Source: a virus
Virus record (IMG/VR): IMGVR_UViG_3300045988_108377
Span: 25,214-89,213 of that record
DNA: 64,000 bases
Strand: one strand, 5' to 3'
The translations under genes and the position numbers were made by a program. The notes under the pieces are model-generated. The model was not told the origin of the DNA and did no database searches. It worked only from the letters and a program-made list of their open reading frames with translations. Shown here in pieces: positions 1 to 6,965 of this stretch (position 1 is the first letter of the stretch; every line of letters begins with the position of its first letter).

Positions 1-272
1 TCTATTCCGTTATGAACTTGATTGAAAAGAATCTCGTCTACGAGCTGTACTCCAGATACGAAATAGGCTGGTACTTCATGAATACCAATAGCTGTTGCAG
101 CTTTTGTACGCTGGTGTCCGGCAACAATGGTCTTGTTGTCACGATTCACGATAATCGGCAGAATAAAGCCGAGGTCGTTAAGACTACCTTGCAGGTTTAC
201 GAAAGCCTCTTGACTTAACTTTCGAGGATTGTAAGCTGCAGGCTTGATGTCTGAAATCTTGATAATCTCCAT
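1..272 (-). CDS. ParB/Srx-fold (ParB-like nuclease domain) protein, paralog 1; 3' end lies beyond window
   Basis: Own translation from ATG at complement 270-272: MEIIKISDIKPAAYNPRKLSQEAFVNLQGSLNDLGFILPIIVNRDNKTIVAGHQRTKAATAIG... The frame is open to base 1, so it is missing from the ORF track. Plus ORF 12-218 is its antisense shadow. Confidence 0.8.
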   Translation of the reverse strand, partial: MEIIKISDIKPAAYNPRKLSQEAFVNLQGSLNDLGFILPIIVNRDNKTIVAGHQRTKAATAIGIHEVPAYFVSGVQLVDEILFNQVHNGI

Positions 273-274
273 AA

Positions 275-955
275 TTATTTTTGATTTAATTTGTTAAACA
301 AAAACTTCACGAAACCAAAGTCAACTCCTATTTCATCAACATAATTCTCATATTGTTCAACAAGCTCGGCATATTCTTTTTTGCTGACTGCTACCGAATT
401 TTTGCCAAACATTAGTACGTTAATCTTCTTTGCGCTCTTAGAAAGTTTGTTCTTCTTAACCACCGTATCGTCTTCCGAAGCGTCATAGAAAAGACCTTCG
501 TCGAATCCAAAGTTAACGAGATTTATTTGGTCATACATCTTTGTAAGGCGGTCAAAGTCATATTCTCCGTATTCTTCGTTGTCCTTAAAGATGTACTCTT
601 TTTCTTCTTTCTCTGTTAAGTCTTTGGCTACAGATACTTCTACAACTGGATTCTTAACCCACTCTTTCCAGTAGTCAACGACTTGTTCTTGTTGCGATGG
701 TGAAAGCAACTTCCATTTTTCATTTTCTGACATCGTTAGAATCCAATCCATAGGAGAACTTTTTAATATCTCCTTGAGAATATCAGTACGTTGATTCCCA
801 CCAAGTACCATGTTATCTTTATTGATGGTAATGTCACGATAGTAAAGCATCTTAGGAAACAAAAGAATGCTCTGCTTTAAACGTGCTTTCTTGTCTTTGC
901 TAATCTTTCTAGGATTGTTTGGATTGGCGATTAATTCTGTTACATTTATCTTCAT
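275..955 (-). CDS. ParB/Srx-fold protein, paralog 2
   Basis: 226 aa. ParB-like N-domain strings LIANPNNPRKIS, MVLGGNQRTDIL, EKEYIFKDNEEYG. Full-length paralog of 955-1707. 1-nt overlap with the upstream gene. Confidence 0.8.
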   Translation of the reverse strand: MKINVTELIANPNNPRKISKDKKARLKQSILLFPKMLYYRDITINKDNMVLGGNQRTDILKEILKSSPMDWILTMSENEKWKLLSPSQQEQVVDYWKEWVKNPVVEVSVAKDLTEKEEKEYIFKDNEEYGEYDFDRLTKMYDQINLVNFGFDEGLFYDASEDDTVVKKNKLSKSAKKINVLMFGKNSVAVSKKEYAELVEQYENYVDEIGVDFGFVKFLFNKLNQK

Positions 956-1707
956 TATTCTTCCTCCTCTGAATTTTCGTTATTGTCAGCTTCGTACTCA
1001 ATTCCAAGTAGATATGAGAGGAAACCATCACCGCTTCCAAAATTCTGCTCACAATAATTTGTAAGAGCATTATCGAGCATTTTGTACTCTTCATCTGTGA
1101 TGGTTACTTCGATATATCCGCACTTGAATGACTTGGAACGAACAACGGTTGTATCTACTTCTGCATCGTTAATCTTATTCTCGTCGTAATCATACAGATT
1201 CCAAGGCACAGAACCTACATATTCCTCTATATCACTACGGTCATACTCCTTTTTGAGAACTTCCACATCGTCCTCTCCATAATGAAGGTTGTCTTTGGCA
1301 AGAAACTCCTTTTCTTCCTCAGGTGTCATGTCATCTGCTATCTTTGCCGGCACGACAGGATTGTCCTTCCATTTGTTCCAAAAGGACTTCAACTCGTTCT
1401 GTTTCTCCTCGGGAGCGAGACGATACTTAGACTGGTTTTCCAGATATTCCTCAATCTCAGCATCTTCCATGTTGAGAATATTCAAGAGAACTTGGAGACG
1501 CTGATTGCCACCGAGAGCCACCTTGTCCTTATTTAAGATGATAGGGCGGAGCTCTAACATCTTAGGAAATACAAGAAGGCTCTCAGTGAGCTTGCCCATC
1601 ATGAACTCACTGATTGTTCGTGGATTCTCAGGGTTCACTTTCAATTGTGTTACTTTTATTTTCTTTTTCGTTGCCATATTATTAATCTTTAATTGCGATG
1701 ATTCCAC
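955..1707 (-). CDS. ParB/Srx-fold protein, paralog 3
   Basis: 250 aa. LKVNPENPRTIS, VALGGNQRLQVL, EKEFLAKDNLHYG. 26-nt overlap with the CmoA-like gene upstream. Confidence 0.8.
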   Translation of the reverse strand: MESSQLKINNMATKKKIKVTQLKVNPENPRTISEFMMGKLTESLLVFPKMLELRPIILNKDKVALGGNQRLQVLLNILNMEDAEIEEYLENQSKYRLAPEEKQNELKSFWNKWKDNPVVPAKIADDMTPEEEKEFLAKDNLHYGEDDVEVLKKEYDRSDIEEYVGSVPWNLYDYDENKINDAEVDTTVVRSKSFKCGYIEVTITDEEYKMLDNALTNYCEQNFGSGDGFLSYLLGIEYEADNNENSEEEE

Positions 1708-2443
1708 AAAAATTCAGGTGCTTCCAGAAGGTATCAATCTTTCGAAAACCTGCCATCTTTAACATACTGATGTTCATTTCTTCGGTAAGAGGGCAGAGCA
1801 CACCTTCCAGGGACTTACGCTTGCCAGCTATCTGTTCTTCCGTATATTGGTTCTCTCGCTTCATGTCGTAATAGATTGAAGAGAAGAGTTCACCAATCTC
1901 GGCTGAGTTGCCGAGTACTTTTTCCACCAAGATGAAGGCACCGCCATCGTTTAGGCTGTTATAAACACTCTCTATGATTCCTTGGCGATACTCTATTGGT
2001 ATAAACTGCAAGGTGAGGCATGAGAGAATGACAGAGCAACCACCACTAAAACTAAGGTAACCAATTGGGTGCTTAGCGAGGTCTAAACCCATGACACGAA
2101 CATAACCTTCTGAAATCTGTTGTTTGTAGTGTTCACGACATTTTGCAAGCATCGGCTCGCTAACATCATAAAGATAGGAGATAACTTCTTTCGAATGGTT
2201 AGCGATAATGCCTTCTGCCGACAGACCATTGGCGCAACCTAAGTCCACGAACCGAGTGTTTGGCTTGATAAAATGCTCTGCAACATTATCCACCAACTTT
2301 CGCATGACAGAGTAGTCTGGTATGGAGCGTTCCAACATATCCGTAAAAACGTCGGCTACGTTTTGGTCAAAATCCCAACTACCGGACAGATTTCTTATGT
2401 CGTCTCGTTTCTTTGCTTCTATATTATTGTTTTGCTGTGCCAT
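1682..2443 (-). CDS. cmoA: CmoA-like carboxy-S-adenosylmethionine synthase (class I SAM-MTase fold)
   Basis: 253 aa, collinear with E. coli CmoA as I recall it. WDFDQNVADVFTDMLERSIPDYS (Ec [23 protein letters not shown]); FVDLGCANG (Ec VYDLGCSLG); LTLQFIP (Ec FTLQFLE); GGAFILVEK (Ec GGALVLSEK); YTEEQIAGKRKSLEGVL (Ec YSELEISQKRSMLENVM); LNFCGIIAIK (Ec FNFGSLVALK). Confidence 0.75.
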   Translation of the reverse strand: MAQQNNNIEAKKRDDIRNLSGSWDFDQNVADVFTDMLERSIPDYSVMRKLVDNVAEHFIKPNTRFVDLGCANGLSAEGIIANHSKEVISYLYDVSEPMLAKCREHYKQQISEGYVRVMGLDLAKHPIGYLSFSGGCSVILSCLTLQFIPIEYRQGIIESVYNSLNDGGAFILVEKVLGNSAEIGELFSSIYYDMKRENQYTEEQIAGKRKSLEGVLCPLTEEMNISMLKMAGFRKIDTFWKHLNFCGIIAIKD

Positions 2444-2449
2444 GATTCT

Positions 2450-2839
2450 TTATTTTATTGTTGCAACCTCAAATCCGAAATAGTCAATCAAGGCATACAA
2501 CACCTTTGCCGACATCTTCCTTTTCTCGTTTACTATTGTCGAAAGTGTGCTACCGCTCACGTTTGTTGTCTTGGCGATAGTTACCATTTTCTCCTTGCAA
2601 TCTTTAAGACATGCCTTCACTTTGTCCTCTATTAGATTGGGTGAGAAGGCTGAATCGTCTTTCTTCCAAGTTAGATTCAAGAGTTCCATGACTTTCACGA
2701 GATTTTCTGTTGTCAAGTTGCGATTTCCTTTCAAAAATGCATTGAAGTTCTGAACGACCAATCCACATTCCTTACACACCATCGTCTGATTGACACCCCG
2801 ATAGTGCATTCTTTCCTCTATAATTTCATTTATCTTCAT
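2450..2839 (-). CDS. XRE-family transcriptional regulator with two tandem HTH domains
   Basis: 129 aa. Two HTH-like repeats (GVNQTMVCKECGLVVQNFNAFLKGNRNLT and MVTIAKTTNVSGSTLSTIVNEKRKMS). First gene of the CmoA/ParB-like operon. Confidence 0.7.
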   Translation of the reverse strand: MKINEIIEERMHYRGVNQTMVCKECGLVVQNFNAFLKGNRNLTTENLVKVMELLNLTWKKDDSAFSPNLIEDKVKACLKDCKEKMVTIAKTTNVSGSTLSTIVNEKRKMSAKVLYALIDYFGFEVATIK

Positions 2840-2927
2840 AATTTCGTATTCAAGTGTTTGCCATTAATGACGGCACTATTTATTATTTGCTTTCTTGTTC
2901 GTTTTGCAGAAGTTTGCAATTATGTTG

Positions 2928-2935
2928 CAAAGATA
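2928..2935 (-). promoter_or_regulatory. Bacteroides-type -7 box for the regulator/CmoA operon
   Basis: caaagata on plus strand = TATCTTTG (TAnnTTTG) on minus, ~90 nt upstream of the ATG at 2839. The -33 match is weak. Confidence 0.4.
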
Positions 2936-3020
2936 ATCAAAAATACAATTATATACAAGTGTTTGATAAGTATTTTTGCAATTAACCTCAAAAATCTTTC
3001 ATTTATCGGTATTTTTTGAC

Positions 3021-3028
3021 TATCTTTG
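3021..3028 (+). promoter_or_regulatory. Plus-strand Bacteroides-type -7 box (TATCTTTG) with no ORF behind it
   Basis: tatctttg read directly on plus strand. TTTC (3 of 4 of TTTG) sits 20 nt upstream at 2997-3000. The downstream ATG opens only a 4-codon ORF. Confidence 0.35.
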
Positions 3029-3083
3029 CAGTATTAAATATGAACTTTATTTAATTTTGTGTTCCGCCTAACGGCAGTTCATA

Positions 3084-3122
3084 ATTTTGAATTTAAAGTG
3101 AAAATTTATTATTTGCATAAGA
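3084..3122 (-). repeat. Short-form (promoter-less) early leader cassette, decoy copy
   Basis: cataattttgaatttaaagtgaaaatttattatttgc matches the leader part of the early cassettes, but the attached minus-strand ORF is only MNCR-stop. Confidence 0.5.
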
Positions 3123-3159
3123 ACGAGCTCGTCCGTGAGGATAAGCTCTTCTGTTTTTT
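3120..3159 (+). terminator. Plus-strand intrinsic terminator candidate
   Basis: AGAA(C)GAGCT ... AGCTCTTCT, a 9-bp stem with one bulge, followed by G + TTTTTT on the plus strand. Confidence 0.4.
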
Positions 3160-3233
3160 ATATGGGTATGGGCTCTATAATTTCTTTCTGTATCTTCTTC
3201 TGATAACATCATAAATGACGGTATCACTTATTA

Positions 3234-3407
3234 TCATACAACCTCCTTCTCTTTTACATCAAATGTAACACTTTCTAACTCGCCATTCTCCAAAGCACCC
3301 AAATCATACAAACGTCTTACGGCATTTTCTGCGCCTTCGGATGATGCTGCGTCAATCGAAACCTTGTAGGTGATTTTCTCTACAATCTCTACTACATACT
3401 TTTTCAT
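3234..3407 (-). CDS. Hypothetical small protein (57 aa)
   Basis: Own translation MKKYVVEIVEKITYKVSIDAASSEGAENAVRRLYDLGALENGELESVTFDVKEKEVV. Below the ORF-track size cutoff. 25 nt downstream of the stop of gene 3433-3705. Confidence 0.45.
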   Translation of the reverse strand: MKKYVVEIVEKITYKVSIDAASSEGAENAVRRLYDLGALENGELESVTFDVKEKEVV

Positions 3408-3432
3408 ATCAAATCATTTCTATCTTATAGTT

Positions 3433-3705
3433 TTATTTTACTTTATCGAGATCACATATTAAAACGTTTCCTACAATGATGTCTTGTCTACCTGCAGACT
3501 GGATAATATTTGTTACGAAGATATTCATAGGAAGACCTAATAATTTCCCTTCTTCATTGACTATTACAAGTCTGTTATCTCCGAGCCTGATAATCTCAAT
3601 GTAGCCACCAACAAATCCATTAAGTTCTTCTAAGGAAAAGTCTGTGCCATTGGATGGGGTTACTTTTCTTCGCTCTCCATCCGTAGTGTAAAGTATTGAA
3701 TCCAT
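3433..3705 (-). CDS. DUF3846-like protein
   Basis: 90 aa. LEELNGFVGGYIEIIRLGDNRLVIVNEEGKLLGLPMN resembles the DUF3846 pattern as I recall it. Confidence 0.55.
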   Translation of the reverse strand: MDSILYTTDGERRKVTPSNGTDFSLEELNGFVGGYIEIIRLGDNRLVIVNEEGKLLGLPMNIFVTNIIQSAGRQDIIVGNVLICDLDKVK

Positions 3706-3778
3706 ATTTTTTTATTATGCTATTTATATTTGAGAATCTTTGTTTCAAAAAAACATCCATGCATCATCTCTATACTTG

Positions 3779-4183
3779 TTAGCTTCCGTAGCCGGTAAAC
3801 CTTCCAACTGCGGAACTGACGTTCTCGTTATGTACAGAACCTGGCTTTAGAAAATATTTATAATGTGAACTTCTCTCTAAGTTCTCATGCCAACCAAATC
3901 CGTAGGCATCAAACTCTTTTCCGCACCATTCATGTGCGTAATAATATTCATTAGCGTGTATCTTCCCTTCTTTATGAAAACAGAAATTGTAATAACAGTA
4001 TTCTGCTGCCATGTCGGATTTGTTAGCCTCATAACGAGAAACTACGTCTTCTCGTTTCTTTTTGTATTCAGCCAACTTCTGCTGATACTCTTCTTCCGTG
4101 TCGCAAAGATAATAATCTGTATCTGTCCAATGGCTTTCCCAATAGGAATTGGAAGACTGATGTATATGATAAATATTCTTCAT
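3779..4183 (-). CDS. Hypothetical protein
   Basis: 134 aa ORF, co-directional; no motif recognised. Confidence 0.6.
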   Translation of the reverse strand: MKNIYHIHQSSNSYWESHWTDTDYYLCDTEEEYQQKLAEYKKKREDVVSRYEANKSDMAAEYCYYNFCFHKEGKIHANEYYYAHEWCGKEFDAYGFGWHENLERSSHYKYFLKPGSVHNENVSSAVGRFTGYGS

Positions 4184-4291
4184 TTCTTCTCTCCCTCCAT
4201 CATTAAAAGTTTGTGTTCTTCTTCGCTGTCACCAACATGGCCAAAAGACTTGATAAGATTGAAATTTGAATTTCTCATAATTGTTCCCTTT

Positions 4292-4456
4292 CTATTTTTT
4301 AAGATTAAAATTGTATAATAATGCCAAATGGCTATCGTCCAACTCTCTCCAATCATCAACCGTGTCAAGATAAGCCTTGACTTTTGAAATTGTAATAGGA
4401 ACTGATGGGTAGGCAGAACGGAATCTGCGAAGCATGTACTCAGAAAGTGTCTCCAT
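4292..4456 (-). CDS. Hypothetical small protein (54 aa)
   Basis: Own translation METLSEYMLRRFRSAYPSVPITISKVKAYLDTVDDWRELDDSHLALLYNFNLKK. ATG is 2 nt after the stop of 4459-4890. Competes with track ORF 4180-4368 in another frame. Confidence 0.4.
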   Translation of the reverse strand: METLSEYMLRRFRSAYPSVPITISKVKAYLDTVDDWRELDDSHLALLYNFNLKK

Positions 4457-4458
4457 AA

Positions 4459-4890
4459 TTAATCCTCCTGGTCTAATTTATTGTACTCATTATATTTAAT
4501 TTCTATATTGTGTAGGAAGTTCTTCATCTCTGACTGTAACTTATCCAGCAAGTCTTTATTGGAAAGAAACACACCCAGAGCAATATAATACTTAGCTTTA
4601 CTATTAGTACTATCTATATCAATACTGGATGCTGCGTCTATTTCTGTTGCGAACTCAACATTTCCATGGAATCCGCATTTGCATTCATTATACACGACAG
4701 TCAACTCTCTGTTCTCATCGCAAGTTAAGGCAAACTTGACTTTTATCTGATTGCGAGAATCTTGAACGTTCACAAACTTCCAATCAGGGCACACAGAAAC
4801 TATATTTTCTACAAGTCCACCGAACTGGTTAAACAAGTTCTTAACCTCGTTCTTGATTTCGTTCTTTCTTAATTCAATAGTTGTATTCAT
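4459..4890 (-). CDS. Hypothetical protein
   Basis: 143 aa ORF; no motif recognised. Confidence 0.65.
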   Translation of the reverse strand: MNTTIELRKNEIKNEVKNLFNQFGGLVENIVSVCPDWKFVNVQDSRNQIKVKFALTCDENRELTVVYNECKCGFHGNVEFATEIDAASSIDIDSTNSKAKYYIALGVFLSNKDLLDKLQSEMKNFLHNIEIKYNEYNKLDQED

Positions 4891-5026
4891 AATCTTTATA
4901 ATTTTAATTGGTTCAACTTGTAAGGTAGGCTCTGAATAGTCAAAAGTACTACCTTTATCTATATGAAAAGGTACGAAAAATATTTGATATATGCTTGATT
5001 TTAACTATGATTTAAGACAAATCCTG

Positions 5027-5464
5027 TTAATCGAAGTCATGTGTTGCAGAAAACACATGCTCATTATATTTTTTAAATATCTCCTCCGATGAGAAATCAC
5101 TCCTTTTTAGATTTAAAGGCATGTTTAGTCTCATAAAGGCCTCATAGCTAAAATATGGGAAACAATCTGATATGTCTTCGCATTCAGGAAGAGGAACGTT
5201 CTTCTCGCAGAAGTCAATGAGCTCCAGCTGTTCCTTGCTACCTTCCTCAAAAGCATCCACTATAAAATACTCAGTGCAAGAGTATTTGTTAGTATCGTAA
5301 CGCTTCTCGCTGCCAATCTCCTGCAAATGCTTATTTATTATCTCTGCGCATTTAGCGTTATACAGAGCGAAATACTCTTCCTGCATTGTTTGTAAGGTGC
5401 GATACTCTTTTTTGGTTGCTACTTCCTTTGCAATAGCCAACTCATATTCTCTAATCTTGTTCAT
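5027..5464 (-). CDS. Hypothetical early protein
   Basis: 145 aa. ATG abuts early cassette copy A. Confidence 0.7.
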   Translation of the reverse strand: MNKIREYELAIAKEVATKKEYRTLQTMQEEYFALYNAKCAEIINKHLQEIGSEKRYDTNKYSCTEYFIVDAFEEGSKEQLELIDFCEKNVPLPECEDISDCFPYFSYEAFMRLNMPLNLKRSDFSSEEIFKKYNEHVFSATHDFD

Positions 5465-5585
5465 AATCTTGAATGTTTAAAGTGAATGTTATTTGTTTAT
5501 TATTTACACTACAAAGATAGGTATTTTTCATCAAATATGCAAGTAAATGACAGATTAATTTTATCAGAAACGAAAGATTTTTATG
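5465..5585 (-). promoter_or_regulatory. Early promoter+leader cassette, copy A
   Basis: -7 box complement at 5512-5519 (TATCTTTG). Conserved leader ...TAAATAATAAACAAATAACATTCACTTTAAACATTCAAGATTATG. Confidence 0.7.
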
Positions 5586-5595
5586 AACAGAAAAT

Positions 5596-5627
5596 GAGGG
5601 AGTACACCTTGATAGATGTGCTCCCTC
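5596..5627 (-). terminator. Intrinsic terminator
   Basis: GAGGGAGTACA / TGTGCTCCCTC, an 11-bp stem (one G-U), followed on the minus strand by ATTTTCTGTT. Confidence 0.6.
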
Positions 5628-5628
5628 T

Positions 5629-5797
5629 TACGGAACTTTAATTTGTAAATAATAAAACAATCACTCTTGATTATGGCCGTATGTTCCGTATAAGAAGGAG
5701 CTGGCGAAATCAACTTGAAACAATTCTATTAATCATTTAAAGGACATTCCTTAATGCCCCAATTTTAAATTTACTAAAAACATGATGCCAGCTCCTT
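5629..5797 (-). ncRNA. Candidate structured untranslated RNA (3' UTR element or sRNA)
   Basis: TACGGAAC 5629-5636 pairs with GTTCCGTA 5683-5690. AAGGAGCTGGC 5695-5705 pairs with GCCAGCTCCTT 5787-5797. No ORF longer than 10 codons. Confidence 0.25.
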
Positions 5798-5805
5798 TAT
5801 GTCTA

Positions 5806-6054
5806 TCAATCTATTCTTACGACAAGACGGCCTTTTGCTAATCTCCTCGTTCCTACATAACCACTATCGTTGCTTTTGATGTTGAAGACAATAGTCTTGT
5901 CGGTTTCCTTGACAATTCCCAAGATAGTTTCTTTTTTGCCGTAATTCCACATCGTTACGTCACCACTCTCTAATTCTGCAGCTCTTACCGCAGGCTTGAT
6001 GCCAACTCCTTGTAAGTGTAATGTTTCCGTCGCTAAATCGGTTTTGTACACCAT
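5806..6054 (-). CDS. Hypothetical protein
   Basis: 82 aa ORF, 3 nt from the upstream gene. Confidence 0.6.
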   Translation of the reverse strand: MVYKTDLATETLHLQGVGIKPAVRAAELESGDVTMWNYGKKETILGIVKETDKTIVFNIKSNDSGYVGTRRLAKGRLVVRID

Positions 6055-6057
6055 ACC

Positions 6058-6483
6058 TCAGTCCTCCATTATATTGATGTATTCTTGCTTTGCTTCCTCG
6101 TAGACTTTTGCTTTGTGCTTGTTGGAGAGGAATTTCTTTACATTGAACCCGAGTGCCTTTATTCCATCCTCAAAGTTCCATGTGTAACCGCATTCATGGT
6201 TCCAGAACTCATATTGCAATGCACTCTTCAAGCCATCTTCGGTAGAAAGAAAATCTATCTTTTCTTTCTTGTGCTTTGTCGTGAGATTGTCAAACTCTGC
6301 CTCGTCTGACTTGCGGATGTAGCATCCACAACCTATTGAAAGAATCTTTTTCAGGTCTTCCTTGTTAGTGGTCAACCCCCATTTCTTCATCATTTCCTCG
6401 AAACTCTGTTGAGTAAATGCTGCTCCTATTGGAAAGCTATTTAACTCTTTGCTTTGCCTTGCCTTTAATTCTGCGTATGTCAT
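6058..6483 (-). CDS. Hypothetical protein
   Basis: 141 aa ORF; no motif recognised. Confidence 0.65.
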   Translation of the reverse strand: MTYAELKARQSKELNSFPIGAAFTQQSFEEMMKKWGLTTNKEDLKKILSIGCGCYIRKSDEAEFDNLTTKHKKEKIDFLSTEDGLKSALQYEFWNHECGYTWNFEDGIKALGFNVKKFLSNKHKAKVYEEAKQEYINIMED

Positions 6484-6486
6484 AAT

Positions 6487-6789
6487 TTAATTCTCCTTTA
6501 CTCCGTAAATGTTATTCTTCTTGAAACTCTCCTCTTCATCCTTTGATACGAGGGAAATAATAACGGTGTCGTAAGTGTTATATAATGGAATATCGCCAAC
6601 TTTCGTTACCTTTATCAAAAGGAATTCTGTGCGATGACGGCAAGTCATTTGAACCTTATAGCCTGCATTGTTGGCTCTTTCCATAAGGCTTTCGAAAGAA
6701 CAACTTTGTTTTACAAACGGCTTTTTGTTCCATGAAGTATAAACAACCTTGTTGCTAACCTTTGCTGAATTTGAATTATTTGTTGCCAT
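6487..6789 (-). CDS. Hypothetical early protein (MATNN N-terminus)
   Basis: 100 aa. ATG abuts cassette copy B. The first 8 codons are shared at DNA level with 58703-59056. Confidence 0.65.
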   Translation of the reverse strand: MATNNSNSAKVSNKVVYTSWNKKPFVKQSCSFESLMERANNAGYKVQMTCRHRTEFLLIKVTKVGDIPLYNTYDTVIISLVSKDEEESFKKNNIYGVKEN

Positions 6790-6905
6790 AATCTTGAAAG
6801 TTTAAAGTATTATTGTTTATTATTTACATTACAAAGATACAAACAACTTATCAAATACGCAAATTTCTTGCAAGATATTTTAGTCAAAAATGAAAGTTTT
6901 TTTGC
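6790..6905 (-). promoter_or_regulatory. Early promoter+leader cassette, copy B
   Basis: -7 box complement 6832-6839. -33 TTTG complement 6860-6863. Spacer is exactly 20 nt. Confidence 0.75.
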
Positions 6906-6909
6906 TTGA

Positions 6910-6937
6910 ATGGAGGTGAGATTTCTCCCACCTCCAT
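6910..6937 (-). terminator. Hairpin after parB (weak terminator candidate)
   Basis: ATGGAGGTG / CACCTCCAT, a 9-bp stem. No T-run follows on the minus strand. Confidence 0.3.
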
Positions 6938-6965
6938 GTGCAATAAAACAACTCACATTTCATAA

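Larger units (their letters stand above)
3034..3159 (+). ncRNA. Candidate ~125-nt sRNA, antisense to a decoy early-leader cassette
   Basis: Bounded by plus-strand promoter 3021-3028 and plus-strand hairpin+T6 at 3120-3159. No ORF. Contains the complement of the conserved early leader (3084-3122). Confidence 0.25.

Noticed and set aside
12-218. Plus-strand 68-aa ORF at the window start.
   Set aside because: The opposite strand encodes a clear ParB-like N-domain (AYNPRKLS...AGHQR) starting at 272 and open to base 1. The plus ORF is its antisense shadow.
4180-4368. Track ORF 4180-4368 (62 aa).
   Set aside because: Its N-terminal half overlaps a better-placed 54-aa ORF (4292-4456) that starts 2 nt after the upstream stop. 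At most the last 32 codons (ATG 4276-4278) could be real, which is too weak to call.
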